Below, piece after piece: positions 1 through 12,075 of a stretch of DNA of 64,000 nucleotides. The notes under the pieces are model-generated. The model saw only the letters and a program-made list of their open reading frames with translations, was not told the DNA's origin and made no database searches. Every line of letters starts with the position of its first letter. The first letter of the stretch is position 1. The translations under genes were made by a program, and so were the position numbers. Source of the DNA: Mobula hypostoma (Eukaryota); contig NC_086101.1 of assembly GCF_963921235.1 (NCBI RefSeq), forward strand, positions 8,186,001 through 8,250,000. The letters are read 5' to 3'.

Positions 1-621
1 GAGGAGGGGACCGGGGGAAAGTAATAGGCAGGTGAGAAGTAGAGGAAGTAGGAGAATAGAGGAAGGGGGTATTAAATACAAAGCCCACATATAAAAGGTA
101 GAACAGTATAGACCAAGACACGCCTTTCAGCCTACAATCTTGTGTCAAGCCAATTACGGTAATTCAATATCTAACTAATCCCTTCAGTCTTCACAATATT
201 CATAACCCTCCATTTCCTGCACAACGATGTGTGTATGTGAGAGACTTTAATTTTTTTTTATCCTAACCAGCTCCGCAATACAACAGATTCCAAGCACCCA
301 TTATTCCCCGTGTGAAAAACACGGATCCACACTGAAATTAGCCCGTCTAACCTTACATGCCTTGCCCTTTGGTGTTAGACATTGCAAGCCTGGGGGAAAA
401 ACTATTGCTGTCGACTCTGTCTATGTCTGTCACAACTTTATAAACTTCAGTCAGTTCGCCCCTCAGACTCCGCCAGTGCAGAGAAAACAAGCTGTCAGTC
501 TGACCTTGAGAGATCACATGATTACAATGTTCCTGAAGTTCCAAAGTCACGATATGAAATATTATAACTGGCTGCTTGTAATTACTCAACATTAACCATC
601 ACACAGTAGCAGATAATTTAG

Positions 622-1268
622 CTCTCTCATTTTGTCTCTCCTTCTCGCTTCCCCTCTCACTTCTCCTCTTTTCCTCCCCCTCACTCTCTTCCTCCCCCTC
701 TCCTTCTTTCTCCCCTTCTCTCTCCCTCCCTTCCCCACTCTCTTCCTCCTTCTCACCTTCTCTCCACTACTCTCTTCCCTCTCCCTTTCCCTCTTTTCTT
801 CCTCACTCTCCCTTGCTCCGCTTCCCTCTCCCTTCCCCCTCTCTTCCACTCGCTCTACCTCTCTCTCTCCCTCCCCCTTCTCCCTCTCCCTTCCACTCTC
901 TTCCCATCTACCCTCTCCCTCATCTCTCACTCTCTCCCTCCACTCCCCTCCTTCTTTCTTACCTTCTCTCTGCCTCTCTCTCCCTGTTTCCCTCTTTCTC
1001 CTCTCTCTCCCCTCTTTCTCCCATTCTTTCTCCTTCTCCTCTCCTTCTACCCCCCTCCACCTCTACCGCTCTCTACCCCCTCCCTCTTTCTCGTCTTCCC
1101 TCTCCCTTCCCCTTTTCTTCCACTCTCTCCCTCCTCTCTCCTCCCTTCCCTCTCCCCCTCTCTCTCCCTCCTCCTTCTACACCCTCTTGCTCATTCTCTG
1201 CCTTATCTTCCTGCTCTCTCTCTTTTTCTCTCCCTTCCCCCTCTCTCTTCCTCCTTCCCCTCTCTCCA
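622..1268 (+). repeat. Polypyrimidine (CT-rich) low-complexity tract
   Basis: Direct reading. Purine-rich equivalents lie at 35800-36200 and 46020-46780. Confidence 0.9.
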
Positions 1269-1399
1269 TACATGTGGTCAATCGTGTCATAATTAATTTC
1301 TACGATAATTTTAAATCACTAGTTCTTCAGCTACAGATGGCTCTACAGGATATTCTGCCTCCAGCTGCCGTTCATTTGAGCAAGTAGGACTGGGGTTTA

Positions 1400-1890
1400 C
1401 AATAGTGGGGGGTAAGCTCCCACTACCTATTAAATGCTCGCAATGGAGTGTACCTCAAATAGCCTCTGACAACCGTGCAGTTTCTGGCTTTTAGGAGGTT
1501 TAGTTACTCAGCCCGATGGAACCATTTCTAGTGACAGAATGGGGAATAGCAGGTAATGGGCCAGTCACTTCCAGCCGCTCATCCAGGAGGAGGAAAACTC
1601 TGCTCTCAAACCTCTGCTGCCTTGCATCTATACTCACTCATGGGGAAAGCTCTGGGAGCAAACCCTGGGGACAAGTCCTGAAATTGAGATCCTAAGACAG
1701 TCCTATGTTGAGTTCAATGCTGACTGTCAATTCCTGCTGATGCCAAACTGTACCGGTGTCTGCCGATTCTTTTGATCATCAGCCACGTGTGCAACAGCTT
1801 GCTCGCTGTATCGTACTGCTCTGGCTTGGATATAACAGCTAGGGTGCAACTTCATTGGTCAACCCCAACCAATGGAGGGTCGCAAGCAAC
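1400..1890 (+). mobile_element. Probable RTE-5'UTR-like non-autonomous repeat
   Basis: CCAGGAGGAGGAAAACTCTG...AAACC motif typical of RTE 5' UTRs. Recognised by pattern only. Confidence 0.4.
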
Positions 1891-2330
1891 ATTTCAAGTA
1901 AAATCCAATTGCTGCTCTACTCATGTTAGGCATGTTCTCAACATAAGTACTTAGTTCCTGTGTGGAGAATTATCAAGAATAATTTGAATTTATGTATCAC
2001 CGTTAATATCATGGCAGCGAGGTGGTGGAGGCCACTTGACATTAGGAATATTTAAGAAACTCTTAAACTCTATCATGGATGGTCCTAAGCCCAGCTGAGA
2101 AAGGAGGTGGGTTGGTAACCTCGTCCCTTAAAGACTCAGAACCACAGAAATGGCGACAGAGGCTCCACAGACCTCATCCCTGTGGTCAGAAGGATATTAA
2201 ACTGGAACATAGGCTACACTTGGGGTCAGCTTTAAAGACTAGCCCAGGACAGAGGATGCTGGTGTCAGTGGACTATGCCGCAGTAGCAGAAGAAACTAAG
2301 ATAGAGACATAGGAAAGGAAAGGTACGTCG

Positions 2331-2550
2331 CATCCGGAGTTTCTCCGGTTTAGCGGACGATTTCCCTCCACGCCTCTCTGACGTAGTGGGGAACCGCGTA
2401 TGAGGCAAGTTACAGCAGTGGTTTGTCATTGCTTTCTGCTGGGTGAGTTTCGAAAGAGATCACCAGCTCGTAACCCAGCACGGATGGAAAGCATGCAGGG
2501 GAGCTGGCTGGATTCGAACTCAGGACCTTTTGGGACCTCCAGCCGGGACA
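2331..2550 (-). mobile_element. tRNA-headed SINE carrying an RTE-like segment
   Basis: B-box GAGTTCGAATCC plus a GCAATGACAAACCAC motif similar to RTE/BovB 5'-UTR-derived SINE segments. Confidence 0.5.
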
Positions 2551-3989
2551 TAGATGGTTGAAAAATGGAGTGCTATGTAGGAGTGAAGAGTTAGATTGAA
2601 CCCAGAGTAGGTTAAAGGGTCAGCACAACATCATAGGTCGAAGGGCCTGTACTGTGTTCTGTGTTCTAGATGTCAGTGATGATGAGTGTGTTGTCCAGAG
2701 CTGGCCCCTGCTCAGGAAGGGTGATAGGATAGGTGAAAATATTAACTTGGATCATAAGTTGTATATCTTTTTAAGGTGAGAGAGGAGACCTGTGCACCTT
2801 TTTCATACATAGGGTGGTCTATATATGAAATGAGCTGGAAGTGATTAATGCAGCTACATCAAAAATTTAAAAAACATCAGATTTCTTAACCGCCCATGAA
2901 CCCATGAATACTTCCTCAATATTCTTTGATCTTTTTGCATTACTTATTGTTTGTCATTTATAGGTTTTATGCCTTTTTTACTTATTTAGAGATACAGCAT
3001 GAAACAAGCCCTTCGGCCTAATGAGTCTCCAACCCACCGATTTAACCCCAGCCTAATCACAGGACAATTTAAAATCACCAGTTAACCTACTAACCGGTAG
3101 AAACACAGAAACATAGAAAATAGCTGCAGGAGTAGGCCATTCGGCCCTTCGAGACTGCACCGTCATTCAGTATGATCCTGGCTGATCATCCAACTCAGAA
3201 CCCTGTACCAGCCTTCCCTCCATACCCCCTGATCCCTTTAGCCACAAGGGCCCACAGGAAGGGTGATAGGATAGGTGAGGGCCACAAGGGCCACAAGGGT
3301 AGATCTTTAGAGCAGCGGGAGGAAACCCACACACTCATGGGAAGGACATAGAAATGTGGGAAATGAACTCCTTTGCAAATTTCACATGATATACCATCTA
3401 TCAGTGATGACAAATCTTACTCTGATTCTGATGTTCTGGAGAATGTCCTCTGTATCCACTCCAGTGCAAATCTGGACTATGGCATCTAAAACATCCCTGG
3501 TGTGGTCTAATCCGGTGTTTTGCACAGTTATTACACAATGCCCCTGCTGTTCTCTGCTATGCATTCCTGCTGAAGACATCGGCCTGCTGAGGTGGTTCAT
3601 GCAGTATGTGAATAACTTCCATTCTGGCTATCCTATGTACATCATTAGATTTAGGAGCAGAACTAGGCCATTCAGTCCATCAAGTCTGTGCCCCCATCCA
3701 CCATGGTTGATTTATTATCCCTCTCAACCCCATTGTCCTGGCTTCCCCCATAGCTTTTGACCCCATGACCAATCAAGAATCTATCAACCTCTGCTTTGAG
3801 TATACTCAAAGATTTGACCTCCACAGCTGCCTATGTCAATGAATCCCACAGATTCACTACCTGACTGCAGAAATCCCTCCTCACATCTGTTCTAAAGGGC
3901 AGTCCTTCTATTCTGAAGCTGACTTGTCTCTGCGCTGCCTTTTACTTTCATGTGAGTGCAACCATTCACCACACCCCGCTCCCCACCCT

Positions 3990-4143
3990 GGGGCGGAACA
4001 GCCCAAGGCAGCTACAACAAAGAGTGAGGTGAGGGAGTGGGGGTGGGCGAATGCCAGAGTGGAAAAAGCAGGGATTATGGCCCACCCCAGCCCGAGGTGC
4101 ATTCTTACATTCTTAGGTTGGGCGTTGCAGTTTCCATAGCAAC
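3990..4143. promoter_or_regulatory. Candidate regulatory element: GC box (3990-3996) and RFX X-box GTTTCCATAGCAAC (4130-4143)
   Basis: Close match to the palindromic RFX consensus GTTNCCATGGNAAC within non-repeat DNA. Confidence 0.45.
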
Positions 4144-4921
4144 CATAGCCTGCCCAGCTGCTGTTAACCCTTCAGTGGAAGGGACAGAGCAGTTGGGTGC
4201 ACTGGACTTTTAAACAGGATCACAGGTTCCCAGGCCGCCTTCTATTTCTGGATGGGATCCGCGACCATGTTTATGTGGTCGAGGGGCTGTTCCTCATGCA
4301 GTACAGAAACAGGCCGATTGACCCAAATGGCCATTGCCAACCATGGAGGGAGACGTGTGGGTTAGGAAGACCTCCTCATCTGTCTGCTCCGCCATGCACT
4401 TTGTTTTAAACACAAGCAATTCTGCAAATGTTGGAAATTCAGAGTAACACACACAAAATGCTAAAGGGACCAAACAGGTCAGGCAGCATCTATGGAGAGG
4501 GATGAACAGTCACTGTTTCGGGCTGAGACCCTTCACCAGGAAAGGAAGTCCACATTGGCCTACCGTGTACAGCCTGCCTGAAGTGTACTTTGCTCATTGT
4601 TTGGCATTTAGTTATTTTTTGTTCTTCCTTGCAATTCTTGTGTATGAAGTCTGAATGTAGATAAGTCACCTGGAGCAGTGGTCTACACCCCAGGGTTCTG
4701 AAAGATGTAGCTGAAGAGATTGTGGAGGCATTAGTAATGATCTTTCAGGTTTTGGAATGGTTCCCGAGGACTGGAAAATTGCAAACGTCACTCCACTCTT
4801 TAAGAAGGGAGGGAGGCAAAAGAAAGGAAATTATAGGCCAGTTAGCCTGACTTCAGTGGCTGGGAATGTTGGATTCCATTACCAAGGGGTGGTTTCAGGG
4901 TATTTGGAGGCACATGATAAA

Positions 4922-5502
4922 TGCTAACCAGATTCAAGGAGAACTTAATCATTAAATTTGCTGATGATACCACAGTGGTGAGGCTCATCAGCAAAAATGA
5001 TGAAACAATGTACAGGGAGGAGGTCAAACACCTAGAGAGCTGGTGCAGTGATAACAACTTGATGCTTAATGTCACCAAAACCAAGGAGATGATTGTCGAT
5101 TTCAGACGGTCTCAGCCTGAGCACACACCCCTCAGCATCAGCGGCTCCACAGTGGAGAGAGTGGAAAACATCAAGTTCCTTGGGGTGCAGATCTCAGACA
5201 ATCTCACCTGGTCCAGGAACACCACTGGGATTGTGAAACGGGCCCAGCAGAGATTGCACTTTCTGAGGAAGCTTAAACAAGCATCACTCCCCACTAACAT
5301 CTTAACTACATTCTACAGAGGTGTGGTTGAGAGTGTGCTGACCTTTTGCATCACAACCTGGTACTCCAGCTGCAGTGCTGTCGACAAAAAAGCCTTGCAG
5401 AGGATGCTTTGGGGAGCAGAGAAGGTTATTGGGGTCTCCCTACCTTCTGTCCAAGACCTCTTTCAGAGTCGATGCCTCCAGGAGACACGGTACATCATTA
5501 AA
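4922..5502 (+). mobile_element. Inverted near-identical copy of 6220-6800 (Rex1 RT fragment)
   Basis: 581 bp, essentially identical to the reverse complement of 6220-6800. It has no 3' tail. Confidence 0.88.
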
Positions 5503-5846
5503 TCAGCATGATTTTCTAAAGGGGAAATCTTGCCTGATAAAACTGCTGGAATTCTTTGAGGAAATAACAGACAGGATAGACAAAGAAGAGTCAGTGGATA
5601 TTGTTTACTTGGATTTTCAGAAGGCCTTTGACAAGGTGCCATATATGAGGGTGCTTAACAAGTTAAGAACCCACGGTATTATATAAGAACATAAGAAATA
5701 GGAGCAGGAGTAGGCCATCTGGCTCATCGAGCCTGCCCTGCCATTCAATAAGATCATGGCTGATCTGTCCGTAAACTCAGCTTCATCTACATGCCTTTTC
5801 CCCATAACCCTTAATTCCCTTACTATATAAAAACCTATCTAATTGT

Positions 5847-7297
5847 TTCAATCCAATTTTTTTTCAATTCAAAAAACTTTATTGTCATTCTAACCATACA
5901 TCAGCTCTGCAGGGCAGAATGAGACAGCGTTTCTCAGGGGCAGTGCAATCATAACATAACAAACGCAACACTAAATAATAAACATAACAATAAATAGTAA
6001 AACACAACAGCCACATGTCAGTTAAAATCAAGTTATAAGTGTCCAGTGCAAGTTAAAAGTGTCCAAAAGCAGAGTCAGGTAGAGCAGCTATTTAGCAGTC
6101 TGACTGCCTGTGGGAGGAAGCTGTTTAGTAGCCTTGTGGTTTTAGTTTTGATGCTCCTGTAACGTTTGCTCCTGTAATGGCAGAAGAACAAACAGTTCAT
6201 GGAGCGGGTGTGAGGGGTCTTTAATGATGTACCGTGTCTCCTGGAGGCATCGACTCTGAAAGAGGTCTTGGACAGAAGGTAGGGAGACCCCAATAACCTT
6301 CTCTGCTCCCCAAAGCATCCTCTGCAAGGCTTTTTTGTCGACAGCACTGCAGCTGGAGTACCAGGTTGTGATGCAAAAGGTCAGCACACTCTCAACCACA
6401 CCTCTGTAGAATGTAGTTAAGATGTTAGTGGGGAGTGATGCTTGTTTAAGCTTCCTCAGAAAGTGCAATCTCTGCTGGGCCCGTTTCACAATCCCAGTGG
6501 TGTTCCTGGACCAGGTGAGATTGTCTGAGATCTGCACCCCAAGGAACTTGATGTTTTCCACTCTCTCCACTGTGGAGCCGCTGATGCTGAGGGGTGTGTG
6601 CTCAGGCTGAGACCGTCTGAAATCGACAATCATCTCCTTGGTTTTGGTGACATTAAGCATCAAGTTGTTATCACTGCACCAGCTCTCTAGGTGTTTGACC
6701 TCCTCCCTGTACATTGTTTCATCATTTTTGCTGATGAGCCCCACCACTGTGGTATCATCAGCAAATTTAATGATTAAGTTCTCCTTGAATCTGGTTAGCA
6801 GTGTAAACAGCAATGGGCTAAGCCCACAGCCTTGTGGGGATCCAGGGCTCAGTGTGATGGAGTCAGAGATGTTCCTGCCAACACGGACTGACTGTTGTCT
6901 CTCTGTCAAGAAATCCAGAATCCAATGACACATGGGAGTGGGAAGGCCAAGCAGCGACAGTTTCTCCACTAGTCTCTGCGGGATGATGGTATTGAACGCT
7001 GAACTGAAATCAATGTACAGGATTCTGGCATAAGTGTCTTTGTTGTCCAAATGAGAGAGAACTGTGTGCAGTGTGGTGGATATTGGGTCCTCCGTAGAGC
7101 GATTTGGACGATAAGCAAACTGTAGAGGAACCAGTGATGAGGGGAGGCTGGCTGTGATATGAGGCTTGACAAGCCATTCAAAACATTTCATCACTATGGG
7201 GGTCAGGGCAATAGGACAGTAATCATTCAGACAGGCTACAACTGATTTCTTTGCTAAAGGGATGATTGTGGAGGTTTTGAAGCATCTGGGGATATAT
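5847..7297 (-). mobile_element. Rex1/Babar-type LINE, 5'-truncated, RT region largely intact
   Basis: ORF 6142-7194 with [27 protein letters not shown] and [15 protein letters not shown]. 3' end is AATGACAATAAA plus a (TTGAA)-like tail. Confidence 0.9.
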
Positions 7298-8041
7298 TTA
7301 CTGATTCTTAAATATATTTAGTGAGGAAGCCTCAACTGCCTCCCTGGGCAGAGAATTCCACAGATTCACCACTCTCTGGGAAAAACAGTTTCTCCTCATC
7401 TCCGTCCTAAATCTTCTCCCCTGAATCTTGAGGCAATGTCCCCTAGTTCTAGTCTCACCTACCAATGGAAACAACTTTCCTGCTTCTATCTGATCTATCC
7501 CTTTCAAAATTTTGCATGTTTCTATAAGGTCCTCTCTCATTCTTCTGAACTCCAGAGAGTGTAGTCCCAGGCGACTCAATCTCTCCTCATAGGTTAACTC
7601 CTTCATCCCTGGATGGCCCGTACCTAGAATGGGCAGAGAAGCGGCAAATGGAATACAGTGTCGGGAAGCGTATGGTCATGCACTTTGGTAGGAGGAATAA
7701 AGGCGTGCACTATTTTCTAAATTGGGAGAAAATTCAAAAATCCAAGGTGCAAAGGTACTTTGGAATCCTTGTGCAGGATTCCCAAGTCCCTTTGTACCTC
7801 TGATTTTTCAACTTAACTTGCAGGTTCAGCCAGCGTTAAAGAAGGCAAATGCAACGTTAGCATTCATTTTGACAGGACTGGAATATAAGATCAAGGATAT
7901 AATGTTACTAACTCTCTTTTACTACCAATCTCTTACTAACTGTTCCTTCACACAAAATAATCTGCAGATGCTGGGGTCAAAGCAACACTCACAACACGCT
8001 GGAGGAACTCAGCAGGTCGGGCAGCATCCGTGGAAACCATG

Positions 8042-8077
8042 AGTCGACATTTCGGGCTGGAACCCTTCGTCAGGACT
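8042..8077 (-). ncRNA. Minimal hammerhead ribozyme motif in a Penelope terminal repeat (one CpG-type decay, GAAAUGUC)
   Basis: AGUC-CUGACGA-A-GGGUU CC AGCCC-GAAA-UGUC-GACU. Confidence 0.6.
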
Positions 8078-8853
8078 GCAGGGGGAAGGGGCAGAGGCCC
8101 TATAAAGAAGGTGGGGGGGAGGGTGAGAAGGAGAAGGCTGGTAGGTTCCAGGTGAAAAACCAGTAAGGGGAAAGATAAAGGGGTGGAGGAGGGGAAGCAG
8201 GGAGGAGATAGGCAGGAAAGGTGAAGGAGGAATAGGGGAAAACACAATGGGTAGTAGAAGGAGGCAGAACCATGAGGGAGGTGATAGGCAGCTGGGAGAG
8301 GGGGCAGAGTAACATAGGGATAGGGGAAGGGAATTACTGGAAGTTGGAGAATTCTATGTTCATACCAAGGGGCAGGAGACTACCTAGATGGTATATGAGG
8401 TGTTGCTCCTCTAACCTGAGTTTAGTCTCATCATGGCAGTAGAGGAGGCCATGTATGGACATATCTGAATGAGAGTGGGAAGCAGAGTTGAAGTGGGTGG
8501 CTACTGGGAGATCCTGTCTGTTGTGGCGGACGGAGCAGAGGTGCTTGACGAAGCGGTCCCCCAATCTGCGTCGGGTTTCACCGATGTAGAGGAGGCCGCA
8601 CTGGGAGCACCGGATGCAATAGATGACCCCAACAGACTCACAAGTGAAGTGTTGCCTCACTTGGAAGTACTGTTTGGGGCCCTGAATGGTGGCAAGAGAG
8701 GAGGTGTAGGGACAGGTGTAGCACTTGTGCTTACAGGGATAAGTGCCAGGTGGGAGATCTGTGGGGAGGGACGTGTGGACAAGGGAGTCACGGAGGGACC
8801 AATCCTTGTGGAAGGCGGAGAGGGAAAGATGTGCTTAGTACTCTTCCTTCAGT

Positions 8854-8891
8854 TAGTCCTGACGAAGGGTCTTGGCCTGAAACGTCGACTG
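8854..8891 (+). ncRNA. Minimal hammerhead ribozyme motif
   Basis: UAGUC-CUGACGA-A-GGGU CUUG GCCU-GAAA-CGUC-GACUG. Confidence 0.68.
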
Positions 8892-10544
8892 TACCTCCTC
8901 CTAGAGATGCTGCCTGGCCTGCTGCGTTCACCAGCAACTTTGATGTGTGTTACAAGGATATAATGTTGATGCTTTGTTAGACATTGGTCAGACCACACTT
9001 GGAGTATTGTGAGCAATTTTGGGAATTTACTCTAAGAAAAGATGTGCTGGCATTGGAAAGGATCCAGAGGAGGTTCACAAGAATGATCCTGGGAGTGAAA
9101 GGGTTAACGTATGAGGAGTGTTTGTTGGTTCTGGGTTTGTACCTGCTGGAGTTTAGAAGGATGAGGGGAGGATCTGATTGAAACCTATCAAATACTGAAG
9201 GGCCTAAACAGAGTGGATGTGGAGAGGATATTACTATAGTGGGTGAGTCTAGGACCAGAGGCACAGCCTTAGAATAGAGGGAAGTCCATTTAGAACAGAA
9301 ATAAGAAGGAATTTATTTAGACAGAAGGTGGTGAATCTGCAGGTTTCATTGCCACAGCCAGCTGTGGAGGCCAAGTCATTGAGTATATTTAAAGCAGTGG
9401 GATGTTTTTGGTTAGTCGGGGTGTCAAAAGGTTTCAGGGAGAAGGCGGGAGAATCGGGCTCAGAGGGAAGAATAAATCAACCATGATCGAATAGCAGAGC
9501 AGTCCTCAATCGACTGAGTGGCCTAACTCTGCTCCTGTGTCTTACGGTCTTATAATTTACACTTATTTAACAATTTTCTTGTGGACACGGTATATCTGTG
9601 CCTTTGGTGTTGCTGCAAGTAAGTTTTTTCGTAGATATATAGTATATAGTATACTGGATTTATTCTGATTCTGAAGTCCTGTAATCACTCCCCAACAGGA
9701 CAGTCTGTGCACCTGCCCCACAAGGATGGCAGTGGTTCAGGAAGGCAGATCACTACCTTCATCTCAATCCACTCCCTAACTTCTCAGGCAGGCATGGGCT
9801 ATAAATGCAGGCTTGCAAACAAAATGGTGGCTGGCCTCAGTGGATCCAGATGAAACTGAAGGGGTGACTGTCCATTTCCTTCAGCTCGACCCAGCAGCTT
9901 GCTCGTTGCTCCAGATTAGAGCATCTACAGTCACTTTGCTTCCAAATGCTGGCCTTGCCATCATGACCAAAACATCTCCAGGATGTGGTGAATCTGTGGA
10001 ATTCATCGCCACAGGGTGGCTCTGGGAGCCAATTCATTGGGTATATTTAAAACGGAGGTTGAAAGACTCTTGATTAATAAGGGCGTCCAGGGTCAAAGCG
10101 AAAAGGCAGGAGAATGGGATTGAAAGAGAAAATAGATCAACCATAAACAGAAGAGACTCGGCAGATGCTGAAAGTCCAGAGAAACACACACAAAATGCTG
10201 GAGGAACTCATCAAGATGGGCAGCGTCTATGGAGAGGAATAAAGAACCAATGTTTTGGGCTGAGACCCTTCTTAAGGACAAATCAGCCATAATAGAAGGG
10301 TGGAACAGAATTGATGGGCCGAATGGCCTAATTCTGCTCCTGTGTCTTATGATCTTATATGAATTAATTAGCTTCCGGGACGATTTCATGGAATGTGGAA
10401 ACAGAGATGTTCCCACTTGTGTGAACTGCAGTCGGGAGCACGCAGGGAATTGACAGGGTCCGCGGTGTCTGGGTGTTCACCGTTTACTGCCACCCACATG
10501 AACCATCCTGCTCTTGAACAGACACAGAACCCCCACCTGACAGT

Positions 10545-11060
10545 GGCAGCTGGTAGTGATGCTGCATCACAGCCCCAGCACCCTGAGTTCGATCCCAACC
10601 TCCTATATGCGTGGAGTCTGCACGTTCTCCTGGTGACTGCCTGGATTGACCCCGGCTGCTCCAGTTTCCTCCCAAAGTGCTCCAACAGGCGGCAGTGTAT
10701 TGGCCCCGACCATCCACTGTGGAAGTGGCTGGGAGTATATGATAGGAGCTGATAGGAAAGCGGGGAGTGGGAGGCATGGAGCCGTAGCATTTAACGTAAC
10801 ACTTTACTGGGCTTTAGGGCTCAGTGCTGTCTGTAGGTTTGTTTGTACGTTTTCCCCATGACTACGTGGTTTTCCTCTGGGTGCTCTGGTATCGCCCCAC
10901 ATACCAAAGACATCTGTGTTAGGATTAGCAGGTTGTGGGCATGCTATTTGGCACCATAAGAGTGGGACATTTACAGGCAACCCCTATACATCCTCAGACT
11001 GTGTTAGTTGTTCAAGTAAACCACGTATTTCACTGTATGTTTTGATGTAGATAAAACCAT
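10545..11060 (+). mobile_element. Two tRNA-derived V-SINE (HE1-like) copies
   Basis: B-box GAGTTCGATCC and V-domain GTGGAGT.TGCACGTTCTCC...GGTTTCCTCCCA. Further copies or fragments at ~3040-3400(-), 19000-19165(+), 37950-38150(-), 39560-39720(-), 40430-40725(-), 44660-45200(+), 55075-55230(+) and 62500-62625(-). Confidence 0.72.
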
Positions 11061-11219
11061 AAGACATACAATAGATTACAATAATACCATTCAGCCCATC
11101 AGATTGGTTCACCAATCCGCCATAGTTATTATCCCTCTCAACCCCATTCTCCCGCCTTCTCCCAGGATTAGCAATGACATCATTGCTAATCAAAAACCTA
11201 TCAACCTCTGCTTCAAATA

Positions 11220-12075
11220 TAGACCATATGGCCATAAGAAATAGGAGCAGGAGTATTCCATCTGGCTCATCGAGTCTGCTCGGCCATTCAATCACAACTG
11301 ATCCTTTTCTCTCCTCCTTAGCCCCACTCCCCAGCCTTCCCCTCATAACCTTTGATGCCATGTCCAATCAAGAACTTATCAGTCTCTGCCTTAAATACAC
11401 CAACAACCTGGCCTCCACAGCTGCCTGTGGTTATAAATTCCACCACCCTCTGGCTAAAGAAATTTCTCCGCATCTCTGATTTAAATGGATGCCCCTCTAT
11501 CCTGAGGTTATGCCCTCTTGTCCTAGACTCTCTCACCATGGGAAACTCCTTTCCACATCTACTCTGTCTAGGCCTTTCAACATTCAAAAGGTTTCAATGA
11601 GATGCCCCCTCATCCTTCTAAATTACAGCGAGTACAGAGCCAGAGCCATCAAACGTTCCTCGTGTGATAACCCTTTTGTTCCTGGAATAACCCTTGTGAA
11701 CCTCTTCTGGACCGTCTCCAAAGCCAGCACATCTTTTCTAAGATGAGGAGCCCAAAGCTGTTCACAACACTCAAGGTGTGGCCTCCCCAGTGGTTTATGA
11801 AGCCTAAGCACAATATCAATAACATGGCCTCCAAGAGCCCGTCTGTGGCAATAAATTCCATAGATTCACCACCCTCGGGCTAAAGATATTCCTCCTCATC
11901 TCCATTCTAAATGGACATCCCTCTATTCTGAGGCTGTGCCCTTTGGTCCTAGACTCACCCGCTATAGGAAAGATTCTCTCCACATCCACTCTGTCTGGAC
12001 CTTTCAATATTTGATTGGTTTCAATGAGATGTGTCTTCATTCTTCTAAATTCCAGCAAGTTCAGACCCAGAGCCA
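11220..12075 (-). mobile_element. Two CR1 3' fragments
   Basis: RPHLECCEQLW, RFTRVIPG and LEFRRM motifs. Confidence 0.85.

Larger units (their letters stand above)
7907..8952 (-). mobile_element. 5'-truncated Penelope-like element (GIY-YIG endonuclease end plus 3' terminal repeat) with an inverted terminal-repeat fragment at its 5' side
   Basis: ORF 8334-8660 VIYCIRCSQCGLLYIGETRRRLGDRF is a GIY-YIG domain. 15-bp TSD CAAGGATATAATGTT at 7892-7906 and 8953-8967, inside a CR1. Confidence 0.88.
4640..9553 (+). mobile_element. Host CR1 fragments (4640-4921, 5503-5680, 7613-7906, 8953-9553) split by nested CR1(-) (5683-5846 plus 7298-7612), Rex1 and Penelope insertions
   Basis: CR1 RT sequence resumes across each insertion. 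Confidence 0.8.

Noticed and set aside
592..1387. Ser/Leu/Pro-rich and Glu/Arg/Gly-rich ORFs
   Set aside because: CT/GA low-complexity tract; the same applies to 35602-36039 and 46071-46787.
10545..10620. tRNA gene
   Set aside because: A/B boxes belong to a SINE head; there is no cloverleaf and a V-domain follows.
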